A stretch of 64,000 bases of DNA, from positions 31,620,001 to 31,684,000 of the forward strand of contig OX597835.1 of NCBI GenBank assembly GCA_951406725.2. Direction: 5' to 3'. The translations under genes were made by a program, and so were the position numbers. This DNA comes from Octopus vulgaris (Eukaryota). The notes under the pieces are model-generated. The model saw only the letters and a list, made by a program, of their open reading frames with translations. It ran no database searches and was not told the DNA's origin. Below, piece by piece: positions 18,373 to 31,770 of the stretch (its first letter is position 1; each line of letters starts with the position of its first letter).

Positions 18373-18778
18373 GGTATACGCAAAAGTAACAGTAACAATG
18401 TCTTCAGAGTTGGAGAAGAACTGCTGTGCAAGTATTCTGAGAACAGAATTGTCACCTGCAACCCGAAGGAGGCTGGACTGGCCTACGAGGAAAAGAAGCT
18501 TGGAGGAAAAAAAGAAATCATACCAGCAGAATGCAAAGCATGGGTATATACACTGTAAGCAAGATAGCAACAGCATTGACACGAAGTGTAGATCCTCCTG
18601 AGTCTGCCATAGTTACGTTACATCCCACAGACACAAACACCCACGCAGACACACACACATATATAAATAAAGGCTTTCTGAGCGAGAAATCACTCGGTTA
18701 CTAGTCCAGCTTTGGCATTGCCGTGACGTTCCTTTAAATGTATTGATATATGGGCAACTACGTACACACACACACACA

Positions 18779-18835
<57 letters not shown>

Positions 18836-19409
18836 ATGCATGATCATATATATACTGTGTAGTTGTGTGTGTGTGCACATGCGTGTATGTATGCGTGTTC
18901 GTTCGTGTGTGTGTGCATCTGCATGTATGCGTGTGTATTTGTGTGCTCCTAAAATTACTGACAACAGATGGAAGAAGGTAGACATGTCAGAGATTATGCA
19001 AACGCTTCTGGAATAACGGTGACATCTACTTACTGCTGGAAACTCATTCATCAATTTAATAAGTATCAGTGTTACTAACCTCACCAGGAATCGAACCGAC
19101 CACCACCACCAACAACAACAACGCCAGCACACAACTAACGTCACCAAAACCATTAACCCCATCGCGACCACCGTTTATAACAGTATCAACATCAATGAGA
19201 AGACTGAGACAAACGATGATGACAGGAATAACAACCACAACAACAACGCCGCTAACAACATTAGCACCGACACCAATACCAGTAGCAGCACTATAACCAA
19301 CCATTACCGTCGCTACCACCACTACCACAACCAACACTACAACGACCACTCACTACAACCACCATCACTAGGACGCCTCCGACTTTACCATCACCAAAAC
19401 CACCACTGT

Positions 19410-19730
19410 GGAGGCGCAATGACCCAGTGGTTAGGGCAGCTGACTCGCGGTCGGAGATTCGCGGTTTCGATTCCAAGACCAGGCGTTGTGTGTGTTCATT
19501 GAGCGAAAACACCTAAAGCTTCACAAGGCTCCGGCAGGGGGTGGTGGCGACCCCTGTTCTACTCTTTCGCTCCAATTTCTCTCACTCTTTCTTCCTGTTT
19601 CCTGAGTAACGCTGCGATGGACTGGCGTCCCGTCCAGCTGGGAGGAACACATACCCCACAGAAACCGGGAAACCAGGCCCATGAGCCTGGCTAGGCTTGA
19701 AAAGGGCGCATAAATAAATAACTAAATAAA
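19410..19730 (+). mobile_element. SINE family C with a different tail
   Basis: Same head; tail ..aaagggcgca(taaa)n. Confidence 0.8.
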
Positions 19731-20006
19731 TAATAGAACCACTACTACAACAACCAGTACAACCACCAACATCCAACAGCAACAACAACAACACTCGCCC
19801 ACAACCGTGAAAACCACCATTAGAATCCCTAAAATAACCACCATCACCTCCGTCACCAAAACCATCAAAGCCACAACCAGAAACATCACTATCACCACAA
19901 CCACCACAACCACCACTGATAAAAACACTCGACCATAAATACCATAAGCAGCACTGCAACCACTAGCACTACTTCCGTCACCAACATCAGCACAACCACT
20001 AAGACC

Positions 20007-20236
20007 TATTTCTTTACTACCCACAAGGGGCTAAACATAGAAGGGACAAACAAGGACAGACAAACAGATCAAGTCGATTCCATCGACCGCAGTGTGTAAC
20101 TGGTACTTAATTTATCGACCCCGAAAGGATGAAAGGCAAAGTCGACCTCGGCGGAATTTGAACTCAGAACGTAACGGCAGACGAAATACCGCAAAGCATT
20201 TCGCCCGACGCGCTAACGATTCTGCCAGCTCGCAGC
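20007..20236 (-). mobile_element. SINE family A, full length
   Basis: Matches 22941-23180; TSD ctaagacc. Confidence 0.88.
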
Positions 20237-20358
20237 CTAAGACCACCACAGCGAAGGAGTTCACCATAATAGTCTAGTTCGGCTTCAGATTATAGCTCCT
20301 CAATTGTGACTACTTCATTGCTTGATGGTTTAGCAAAATCGCAGCTGTCAGTATATAA

Positions 20359-21143
20359 CACAAGGGTAGTGTCAAAAATTATCCGCACTTTCGCTATAAG
20401 ATATCTTTATTATTGTTACACTCCCTTCTGCGCATGCGTGTTTATAGCTGGTACTATTGCGATCACGTGATCAAAGTTTGAGTTTGATCGCGCGATTTTT
20501 CTTTCTGGTTTTACTGTGTAAGCATGGCTGCTCCACTAGCGATGTGCACCAAAGTAGAACAAAGTGCAATGGTGAACCGGTTCCCTATTACTATGTCTCG
20601 AGATTGCTCAATTCTCTCGTATATATTTCTTTATTGCACAAGGGGCTAAACATAGAAGGGACAAACAAAGACAGACAAAGGGATTAAGTCGATTACATCG
20701 ACTCCAGTGTGTAATTGGTACTTTATTTATCGACCCCGAAAAGATGAAAGGCAAAGTCTGTGGTTGAGGATGACGGGTGTCTTGCTTCCTCTTACTGCGT
20801 CACGCTTGTCCGGCCACATTTAAACTTCTCGATCCACTCGAACGTACGTCTACGTGGTAGTGCAATGTCCCGGTATCGTGCTAAAAGCTTCCGGCGAATG
20901 TCAGCACCTGACACATCTTCCGACCAGAGAAATCGGATCACTGCTCTTTGTTCTTATTTGCTGCACATCGCTAGTGGAGCTTACACTGTAAAGCCAGAAA
21001 GAAAAATGGTGCTATAAGGCTGAAACTTCGATCACATGACCACAATAATACCAACTATAAGCACACATGAGCAGAAGGCAGTTTGACAATCATAAAGATA
21101 TTTTTATGGCGAAAGTGCGGATAATTCTTGACTTCCTTTCGTA
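20359..21143. mobile_element. Palindromic mariner-derived element (two left ends facing each other) with a nested SINE fragment
   Basis: ~200-bp diverged inverted arms; minus strand encodes EQRAVIRFLWSE.VSGADI..FEWIEKFK.GRTSV (mariner HTH N-terminus). Confidence 0.8.
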
Positions 21144-21639
21144 TTTACCATATGAATCAGTGGTTGATAAGAGATTTCAGCTCCCATTTCTAGCAATGTA
21201 TGTGCAACCCTACACTGTCACTCACAATTAGCGACAATTGAATTTTTTCCTTTTAGTTTATATTGCATATGATCGCCTGCATTATTTTATAATTTTAATA
21301 TTACCGTTTTGCGGTATCATCTGTTGATTCACATGCTAAATAGTATATATTGACAATCGGGATTTAGCCATACCAACAATTGATGGAGCAGTCACCACTG
21401 ATAAGCTTTAATTCTTAGCGAAACTAGACTAGTACGGTAATCTCACTCGCTGTGGAGCGGTTATCTCCCCTTTCAGTACACAGACATGTGCTTACTGCGG
21501 CTATAAAGGCTTAGCTCTTATTTCTAGCAATGTAGGTGCTACCCTACATCGATAGTCACAATTTTTGACAATAGTATATATTAACATATACAGATATACC
21601 AGCTGAGGTCACCACACAATTCCAGACTAAGAACGGCGC

Positions 21640-21935
21640 TGGAAGCGGCCCAACGTCAATACACTATAAAAAAGAAAGTGTAACATTGCAACAGATGAAC
21701 TACAGGGAGAGGATTAAAAGAACTACGACTTCATCTCTGGAGCGAAGATGGAACGGATATGTAATAATCTGCAATATGGAAAATTCTGGAAGGGCTACTG
21801 CAATAACTTAGGGTTCAAGGTTCCACCGCCCGTCAAAGCTCTGCAACAAAAGTTAAGAAACCTACACAATGTCAACGTAGATATCTTCAAAAAGTATTAG
21901 ACCGGAAAAAAATGTAGATGAGCTGCGGCCTAATG
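21640..21935 (+). mobile_element. Decayed relic of the same LINE 3' region
   Basis: Sequence collinear with 7450-7870 (aactacagggagagg, ctggagcgaagatgg, gggttcaaggtt, agctgcggcc). Confidence 0.55.
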
Positions 21936-22156
21936 GGACTACTGGACTGAAGATTACGCACACGCGCACACACTCACATACATATATTCATATACGCACA
22001 CAGGTGCACGCACGCGTATACACATATATTTGTATATGTTTGTACTTTGCGTCCATTGTTTTGTTTTTATATGTTAATCTATGTATCTCTCTGTATAGCT
22101 AGACCCTTTGCATTTTTTATTAGACGCACGTGCGCGCGCACACACATGCATAGTTG

Positions 22157-22200
<44 letters not shown>

Positions 22201-22264
22201 CGCATAGATATATATACGCATATATACAAGTACATGATATAATATATGTATATATATATGTATA

Positions 22265-22312
<48 letters not shown>

Positions 22313-22492
22313 TATACATACATACATACATATATATCTTTATACATATATATATGCACATACACATACACATAGTTACATACATTACATACATACATGC
22401 GTGTGTGAGTGAGTGTTCAGGATTCTCACACACACAGACATAAATATATACATATACACACACGTGCACACGTACACACACACACACACATG

Positions 22493-22532
<40 letters not shown>

Positions 22533-22940
22533 CATTTATACACACTGAAAGGGTTAGATTTATAGACAGTGAAACAGTAGGAAGAGGAAAAAGGGAGAAA
22601 GATAGAGAGAGAGGGGGAGAGAAAGAAGGAAAGAGAGAGAATGTGAAAGAATAAGGCTTATGAGAGCAATCGGAAGCTATGTAGATTTTGAGTTTGTTTT
22701 ACTGGATTCCATGGGAATATGGCGAAACGTAACTTAAGTAGATGAGTGGAGTAAATATTGGAATAAACAATAGAACATATTGGAATATAAATAGTGCCAT
22801 AGAGTTGTCGGCCGGAGAATGTGTATTTTACACTCAATATTAGTTACTAGTAATGGACAAGCACACATGCGCATAAAAAACGTATGCAGTTACACGCTGT
22901 GTTTCCTATATATTTCCGTCTGTTTATATGTGTGTCCTTT

Positions 22941-23611
22941 GAGGTGGCGAGCTGGCAGAAACGTTAGCGCGCCGGGCGAAATGCTTGGCGGTATTTCGTC
23001 TGCCGTTACGTTCTGAGTTCAAATTCCGCCGAGGTCGACTTTGCCTTTGCCTTTCATCCTTTCGGGGGTTGATAAATTAAGTACCAGTTACGCACTGGAG
23101 TCGATATAATCGACTTAATCCGTTTGTTTGTCCTTGTTTGTCTCCGTTGTGTTTAGCCCCTTGTGGGTAGTAAAGAAATAGGTATTTCGTCTGCTGTTAC
23201 CTTGTGAGTTCAAATTCCGCAGATGTCGACTTTGCCTTTCATCCTTTCAGGGTCAATAAATAAAGTACCAGTTACGCACTGCGGTCGATATAATCGACTT
23301 AATCCCTTTGTCTGCCATTGTTTGTCGCTTCTGTGTTTAGCCCCTTGTGGGTAGTAAAGAAATATATATGTATGTCCTTAATGACTGCGAGCTGGCAGAA
23401 ACGTTAGCGTGCCGGGCGAAATGCTTAGCGGTATTTCGTCTGTCGTTACGTTCTGCGTTCAAATTCCGCCGAGGTTGACTTTGCCTTTCATCCTTTCGGG
23501 GTCAATAAATAAAGTACCAGTTACGCACTGGGGTCGATATAATCGACTTAATCTGTTTGTCTGTCCTTGTTTGTCCGTTCTGTGTTTAGCCCTTTGTGGG
23601 TAGTAAATAAA
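22941..23611 (+). mobile_element. tRNA-derived SINE family A, tandem trimer (middle copy 5'-truncated)
   Basis: Head ggcgagctggcagaa, B-box gagttcaaattcc, core gtcgactttgcctttcatcc, tail gtgggtagtaaagaaat. Confidence 0.9.
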
Positions 23612-24375
23612 TATATGTGTCTCCTTGCATATACACATCTATGCGTACGCAGTGAAACACAGGCATGTGCATATATACACACATAGCGTGTAAACTTTTT
23701 TATTTTTTATATTTGATTTCGCTTCTTTGAATGTGAGCATGCTGTGAAGAACGTGAAACTGCGTCGGATTTGAACGCAAAACGAGAAAGGATTTGACGAA
23801 ATAGCACACGGTTTGTTTTTTTTTGTTTATTTTTTTTCTCCGGGCTGTACTGATCTTAACACTCTGCTATTACTTCACACATGTGAGAGAGATGGATGGG
23901 TTTGATGGTAGTCTTTCGCATTCAAAGAGAGACACATCAGAAATATCTTACGAAAAACAAGCAGCGCAAATGATTTATTAATAGCGATAAATTGTCTGTG
24001 TTTTACATTAGTGAGATGCCTTCATCAAATCGGCATTGCCTGAATCGTTGCACTGTGTAGCACATGTCAGGTGTCGAAGTGATCGTAAAGCAACGGGCAA
24101 TGAAGCATTTCCCCCAACAACACAACCCACTTGCAGGCGCAGGGATTGAAAATACAATCTCGGAATCGTGAGCGCGGTACTAGGTCACGTGCCCGCTTTT
24201 TATGCAACATTTCAACGAATAAATGGACCAACTCATAGATATGCCGATAGTGGTTAAGAGCGCGGACTACTAACCCCAAGATTCCGAGTTCTATTCCAGC
24301 TAGAGTCCTGAATAATAATAATAATAATTTCGTATATTTTACCCCAGTGTCACTTTGATGGCATGCACTGCTCTC

Positions 24376-24414
<39 letters not shown>

Positions 24415-24485
24415 CAACAGCAATGATAATGATAATATCGAAAAATACCTTAGGAATGAGAAACCAGGTTTGAAATTTCCCCATG

Positions 24486-24530
24486 ACACCTGATGAAGGC
24501 TGGAGGGTATATCAGCCGAAACGTTATGTT
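24486..24530 (+). ncRNA. Minimal type I hammerhead ribozyme
   Basis: acac-CTGATGA-a-GGCTG gagggtatat CAGCC-GAAA-CG-TT-atgt; palindromic AACGTT stem III; one stem I mismatch. Confidence 0.7.
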
Positions 24531-24887
24531 AACAACAAACAAGATGAGGACAAATATCCGTCACATGTAAATAATGTAAATAAAGTAGAGTAGTGAAGTT
24601 CCTTCTGGAGTTATATGGACTTATATGGGCCGGTTTCCAGGTTTCCGTTTCGTATATATTGCTCACCTGGACAGGACGCTAGTCCCTCGTATGATTATCA
24701 TTTTTGCCAGCTGAGTGGACTGGAGGAATGTGAAATGAAGTGTTTTGCTCAAGAACACAACACTACGCCAGCTCGAGGAATCGAAACCTTGATCCTATGA
24801 TCATGAGTCCGACACCATAACAACTAAGCCACGCACCACCTTCATATACATGCATACATACATACATACATATTTACATACATGCAT

Positions 24888-24943
<56 letters not shown>

Positions 24944-25538
24944 TTTAGCCGAGATTAATCCATGTCCATGTTTTCATCTCAAACATAATGAAGAATGTAC
25001 GGAACTCATCATCTGCAACTGGTTGATGATTTTCGTTTTGGCTTCTGAAATAATTCTCTCTGATTCGGGGAGGACCTGCAGGGAACCCGCTAGTCTCTTC
25101 ATTTTTTACTTTTTGTTACACTCGCTCTTAGGATTTGGCAAACTTTCTCATAATGATATTTCGTCATATGCTGCCTTCGGAGTTAGAGTAATTTCTTGTA
25201 TTATCACATGATAAATGGATTCTTTATTGATGAACTTGTTGGAAAGAAGTCTTTTTGTATGATCTATCGAGGGAATAGTAAGCATGTAGAAATTAGTGAT
25301 GTTTCTAACAGAGAATTCAGTTATGGTCTGTTAAAGAAGAGTTTCGTACTTACAATAATTTTCTAGGGCTGAACGGCTGTCTTTTCAGTGTAACCATTTT
25401 CAGCACATCTAGTGAGCTAGTCGATTAGATCAACCCCCCAGTACTTCACTGGTACCTATTTTTTGTAATACCTATTTCACCAAGGATGAAAGGCAAATTG
25501 AACACGACAGAATTTGAACTCAGAAAGACAGAGGAAAT

Positions 25539-25582
<44 letters not shown>

Positions 25583-26065
25583 GCGTTTTGTTATGTCTGT
25601 GTGTAGGTATTTGAATACATTTATGTGTGTCTTTGTGAATGCTCGCTTGTGTATGTAGATATATTGATACATATGGAAATGTAGAACACATACACACATA
25701 CACGTTCATATATATACATACACTCACACACACACACACATATATATATATGTACACATACATACCTACATACATCTATCTCATACAGCGGGATATTATT
25801 ATTTATACAAACATACGAATAAATAGATAAACAGTTATACGCCTTACATATCATATTTATCTAAATATTAAAGTCATACTATTTTATACATCTAATAATT
25901 ATATTATGTAAATATTTGTACATCACAGTCATGTCTATATGATATCCCCGCCGTATCAGAGAAAACATAACACAATTTCAAAAATATCGATACATGAATA
26001 CTTTCAATATCACTTCAAATCACAGATGAATCATTGAGAGAATAAGAAACGGTGCATGTATACCT

Positions 26066-26158
<93 letters not shown>

Positions 26159-26280
26159 TATATACACAGATACATACATACATATATGCATAGGCACAAT
26201 CATACATGTATACGTACATATATATACGTATTTACAGATATGTATGTGTCTATACAAGTGTGTCTGTATATACATATATG

Positions 26281-26331
<51 letters not shown>

Positions 26332-26719
26332 AGATAGGGGTTGAAAATTCAACCCACCATGGGATAATATATATCCAATATACTCTACTCATATGTAATG
26401 GTGTATTAAAGTATTGATTGGGTATCATCGGATAGTTGATGTTTTATTGATTTAAGTATGTTTCTCCATTCTCTAATTTTGTAGTATATATATATATATA
26501 TATACTTATTGATAAAAGGATAGGATATATATGTTGTATGTATTATTCCAGTAATATATACATCAGTAAGATATATGTGTATCCATTTGTATATTCATTT
26601 ATCTCTCTTCTATCTGCCTATCACACAAGTTATATCCAGCTTACACACACATACAGCCACACACACACATGCATGTATGTATGCATATATACACACGCAC
26701 ACATATATTCTAGAATATA

Positions 26720-27090
26720 CTGTAAAGTTCCTGGCTTTAAAAGTATCGCGAAAGGTTTGAGCTTTAACCTTTACAGAGGCAGTAGGTCAGCTATTCAGGA
26801 GAAGATATTCAAAATCTGATGTCATACAATACATCTTTCTTCCTTTTGCAGATTTAAAGATCAATGGCGATTTTGGACCGGTTTGTAGCCGGAGAAGTTG
26901 ATTTGAAAGCTCGTTTAGTCACCATGAATGAAACTTGGCTTCATCATTCTGATTCCAAGATCAAGCAGGAATCAATGGAGTTTCGGACACATGCCATAAG
27001 TGTGTGAATCTGCGAGGGGAACATGGTGAATAAAATTATAATTATCTGCTCCTCCTGTATTTTCTGTAATAGTCAGGAAATATTCAGCAA
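26720..27090 (+). mobile_element. Mariner deletion relic
   Basis: RLVTMNETWLHHSD..KQESME resembles the IVTGDETW catalytic region; end aaagttcctggctt. Confidence 0.6.
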
Positions 27091-27140
27091 CCCTCATATA
27101 TGTATATATACATATATATATATACATAATACATACATAC

Positions 27141-27171
<31 letters not shown>

Positions 27172-27194
27172 CATATACATATGTATATACATAA

Positions 27195-27243
<49 letters not shown>

Positions 27244-27361
27244 TATATAATTTGAAATAGAAAGATAAATAATCTCGTTGCAGATTAATCAAAAGTTTAA
27301 CCGATACCTTGGTAGCAAAAATCACAGCAGAAGACAGCACGGTTGGAGGTACAACCATAGC

Positions 27362-27511
<150 letters not shown>

Positions 27512-27540
27512 ACGGGTGCTGCTGAAAATTTCCATATACA

Positions 27541-27745
27541 TGAGAGAGTGCTGAAAAGTTCCTGGGTTTACGGGGATCACGAAAGGCCTGGTTGAGGTCC
27601 AACCTTTTGAGTTCTTTCACAGGGTTTAGAAAAACTGATGGACTGCTGCAATAAGTGTGTAAATCTGAGAGGAGAAGTTAAATATAATCATAATCCTCTC
27701 GCGTTTTCTTTTACCGAAAGCCAGGAACACTTCAATACTGCTAGG
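27541..27745. mobile_element. Short mariner-type MITE related to the 26.7 kb relic
   Basis: gtgctgaaaagttcctgg ... ccaggaacacttcaatac imperfect TIRs. Confidence 0.55.
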
Positions 27746-28417
27746 ACGTGTTTAGGTATATGAAGTTACACAAAACTACATACATATACGTAAATATGTA
27801 GAATTGCCTAATATGAAGGCTTAAGGTGTTCGCTTCGCAATCACGACGTCCCGGTTCCGCTCCTTCAATTTTCACCGTCAGGTATATTGAATAAATGCTA
27901 ATCACTACTGAATGTGTTCCACTCGTATTTTATGAATGAAATTAGATAAATGAAAACTGTGCTGAAACCCCGAGAATGGCTTGCACCTTCTTTTCGAGGG
28001 GAGGGGCGAAGAAAAAAAGCAAAAACAAAAAAAAAACTAATGGTGATGTTTGTGGCAGAGTTGTCCGTAGTAGTAGTAGTAGTGGTTGACTGTGAAGCTG
28101 TCGTCTGGGTTCTTCCAATTTTCTCGTGGTGTCGGTGGCGGCGGTGTTGGCGTTCATGCTCACACCTGCACCTGTGTCGATCCTCCCCTTCTTCCTACCC
28201 CACTTCAGGAAGCTGTGGTGAAGGCAGGGTAGGGAAATCACTGTCGTAAGCGTTGTCAAGGGGACCGGCGTTCTTTGCAACGACGACGACTTCATGGCTT
28301 GAAGACCAAATGCTCAAAACAGAAAATGGCTAAGAAAGCCGAAAACAAATTTACAAAATCAGGAAACACGCCACACGGGGCAGGTTTCCAGTGCAAAGAA
28401 TTTTGCACAATCGAATG

Positions 28418-28580
28418 GGATCTTTTCGGTTTGAACGGCAGTTTTTTTTTCTAGCGGTGTCATATAAAATTTTCACCCACAATTATGACCCTAGTATCGA
28501 TCTATTGCATTTCAATATCTTTTAGGGTTAGGGTGGGTTAGGGGTGGGGGAAGGGTATCTTTTTTTTCTTCAGAAGTGTA
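28418..28580 (-). mobile_element. Truncated copy of the same MITE
   Basis: One TIR plus the TTAGGG-like segment. Confidence 0.85.
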
Positions 28581-29999
28581 CAACCTTGCGAGACACACCC
28601 AGTCTCACCTTGTTACGTGTCCCAGTCGCTCGAAGATGAAGATCCATCTGTTCCATCAAATATATTACCTCAATGAACGTTCACATGACTAATCATTCAA
28701 CAAATACACGTGACTTTTTGCGCAGTATCAATGTGACACGTGTGTATCACACGGTTGTATCTTGGAATTATAGAAGCAATGCATCCAATGGGCGTTATGC
28801 CCTTCTTTGTGTGTTGAGTTCACAATACAACAGTTCAAACAGAACCAACCATAAATTAAAGTTTTCAGAACTGACGCTTACCAGGATCGAACACGAAACC
28901 ACAAGCTTACGAATATAATCAGGTAACAATCAGTACATCAATAAAAATGAGTTTGAGAGCACATTAGAAGCACATCATTACTTTTAGCGTATCACTTTAA
29001 AGATTTTAAAATATATTCAGTTGAATTAATTGGTCTCTTCAGATTTCTTAATTGCGAAGGAATTATCAGCGGAATTTTAAAATTGGTTTTACTGGTTATG
29101 CTTCATTCTCAGACGACACTATTCGATGAATTGTGAAGCAGGAATTTTCTATATATATATTTTTCTGAATTATAAACTACACCTGCCCAAACAACTAATT
29201 TTGTTTTTCCTTACGTCATTTGTGCATAAAACTTGTCTAATTTTGTGGAAATTGACTTCGAAATCCGTTTACAAATAGGTTTGCTGGAAGTGAATACACC
29301 TGTTCTCCGAACTTTTAATATTTATGTTTGTTCTTAAGAAGGTAAGCCATTACAAACGCTCTACCTACTCGATGTTCTGTATCACCAACTTACACATGTT
29401 TGCCAAACGTATACACTCTTTCGAACAAATATATAACAAACTGCCTCCCGAACCATTTACAATAATTACACTAATATGACCTTCTAACATACAGGGGGAT
29501 TCAAATGTCGCCATACATAGGAACAATTTATCTTTTTATAAGAAACTGTTTATAAGAAAAGTTTTTTTTTCATTTAACAGGCTCAATATGGTTACCAGTG
29601 TTTAGAATACAATAAATAAAATAAGAAAACTAAAATGCTGGACGATTAAAACAAAATGATAAGATTTCGATCTTCATGTGTTCTAAAAGAATTTACAATT
29701 TTATTTGTTAGATAATTTGATGTAGAAATTACTGGTGTTTCTGAAGCAAACGTACATTGCATTGGTGTAAATTATTATTCTCCCAACTAATGTGAATCGG
29801 AAATTTCTTTTTCCAATATCACAGCTATATCAGTCTTCAAGTGTATAGACAGAAATTGTTTTCTAACCCCGCAACCTATCTTTTGCTGGTTGTGAGGATA
29901 GAAAATGATAATACGTTAAGGGTGACTAGAGTGTAAATTAAAGCATCTGGTATTTGCAGAAACAACCAGAAGAATTTTGCATATTTAACAAAATAATAA

Positions 30000-31140
30000 A
30001 AAAAAGATGTTTGCAAGTAATCAGAAACATTTTAGAGTAAGTTCAGGAGTGAAGATCAACATTGACTTTTCACTTCGTTGACTTTGAAAAGGCTTTCGAC
30101 TCAGTCTACCGTGATGAGCTGTGAGAAATAAGGAGATTGTTCGGCATTCCTCACAAGCTGACGAGGATTATGTCTTCTTCTTCTTCTTCTTCTTCTTCTT
30201 CTTCTTCTTCTTCTTCTTCTTCTTCTTCCCCTCCCCTTCTTCCAATCAGGACTCACGCCATTAGCCTCAAAGAATAATCTCTAATTCGAACCTACTCTAA
30301 GCTACTAAGAATGCGTGTGGCAACTTGAAGATCCACTCACCACACGCGACAGACTCGCGGTTGCACGGGCGCGAAAGCTACGTGGTTATCGTCATTCCGT
30401 AAACGGTGGCTTTTGACGGGTGGAGAGCTGAACCATCTTTCGGTACAGAGGATTCGCAATTTAGACTAGGGTCTGAAAGTTTACCACACCATTGTGTGTA
30501 ACACCATGGTTCCTCTGGTTTGTGGCAGAAGTAGGAAGAAAGAGTGAGAGAAAGTTGTGGTGAAAGAGTACAGCGGGGTTCACCACCACCCCCGCCGGAG
30601 CCGCGTGGAGCTTAGGTGTTTTTGCTCAATAAACACTCACCATGCCCGGTCTGTGAATCGAAACCGCGTTCTTACGACCGTGAGTCCGCTGCCCTAACCA
30701 CTGGGTCATTGCGACTCCACCGAGGATGATGTAGACCATGTACGACAAGAACAAGACAAGGGGGTTTAAGGTTACAACTAGTGTCCAAACAGGGATGTTC
30801 CGTGTGAGGCTCCCTCTTTCTCATGGCAATAGACTGGACCGTGCGAAGAACCACAGTAAGGCATAGGAACGGCATTAGATGGAACCTCACGAGCACGCTC
30901 GAACATCTCTACTTCATCAACGACGTAGTGTTGCTATCATCCACGTACGGATACACCCAGAGCGAGATACGTAGATTGGCAGAGAACGCGGACAGGAAAA
31001 TGTAAAACACTAAGGAAGAATAATAGAAGACAAGCTTGGCGACGACGAGGTGAAAGACGTCGAAAATTTGTTTACCTCGATCGGACACTCAACAAAAACT
31101 GAGGGGAAATGGAGGGATATAAAGAAGAGAATATCCAGTC
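30000..31140 (+). mobile_element. RTE-like LINE RT relic, split by a SINE insertion
   Basis: FVDFEKAFDSV..FGIPHKL (30074-30165); QGC..LFLMAIDW..GIRW..LEHL..DVVLLS (30790-30945). Confidence 0.7.
30174..30720 (-). mobile_element. SINE family C with a third tail ending in (GAA)n
   Basis: Head at 30540-30718; TSD cgaggat(t/g)atgt at 30162 and 30721. Confidence 0.8.
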
Positions 31141-31229
31141 TGTTTTAGCACAGACTTGGCAGACACGCGTCTCATACCCAAATCTTCAGTGGCAATGGAC
31201 TGAACTGAACCGTAACTAATCTGCACATT

Positions 31230-31770
31230 TTCTGATAACTCATGGATGGTGACTCGACGATTTCCCCTTACAACTTCACAAACACCTGCTATGTTCTTCT
31301 CAGTTCTTATTTCTTTATTGCCAAGAAGAGGCTAAACATAGAGGGGACAAACAAGGACAGACAAGGGGATTAAGTCGATTACATCGACCTCAGTGCGCAA
31401 CTGGTACTTAATTTATCGACTCCGAAAAGATGAAAGGCAAAGTTGACCTCGGCGGAATTTGAACTCAGAACATAAAGATAGACGAAAAACTGCTAAGCAT
31501 TTCGCCAGGCGTGCTAACGGTTCTGCCAGCTCGCCGCCTTAAATGTTCTTCTCAGTTCTGCTGGTTGCAGGTCTGTCTTCCAGAACGTTCGTGATTATCG
31601 ACATTTTTTTCGGTCAAGTTGGAAACGTCTGAACCACTCGTACACTTGTGTGCGGCTCGTACATTTCTCTCCATACACTTTCTGCAACTTTGCGTCGGAC
31701 TCTGAGCAGGTACCATCAAGCTTTTGGAAAAAATTGCTGCAGATTCTCTGCTCAACTTTCTCTGTCATGA
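31230..31770 (-). pseudogene. Mariner transposase N-terminal relic, interrupted by a SINE
   Basis: EQRIC..FQKL..LQKVYGEKC.SRTQVYEWFRRF. Confidence 0.75.
31308..31542 (-). mobile_element. SINE family A, full length
   Basis: 17-bp TSD atgttcttctcagttct (31291, 31543). Confidence 0.9.

Noticed and set aside
19056-20024. Thr/Val-rich mucin-like ORFs
   Set aside because: Degenerate (ACC/ACA)n low-complexity DNA with stops, interrupted by SINEs
24240-24310. Functional tRNA gene (likewise other SINE heads)
   Set aside because: No convincing acceptor stem or Pol III terminator; continues into repeat sequence
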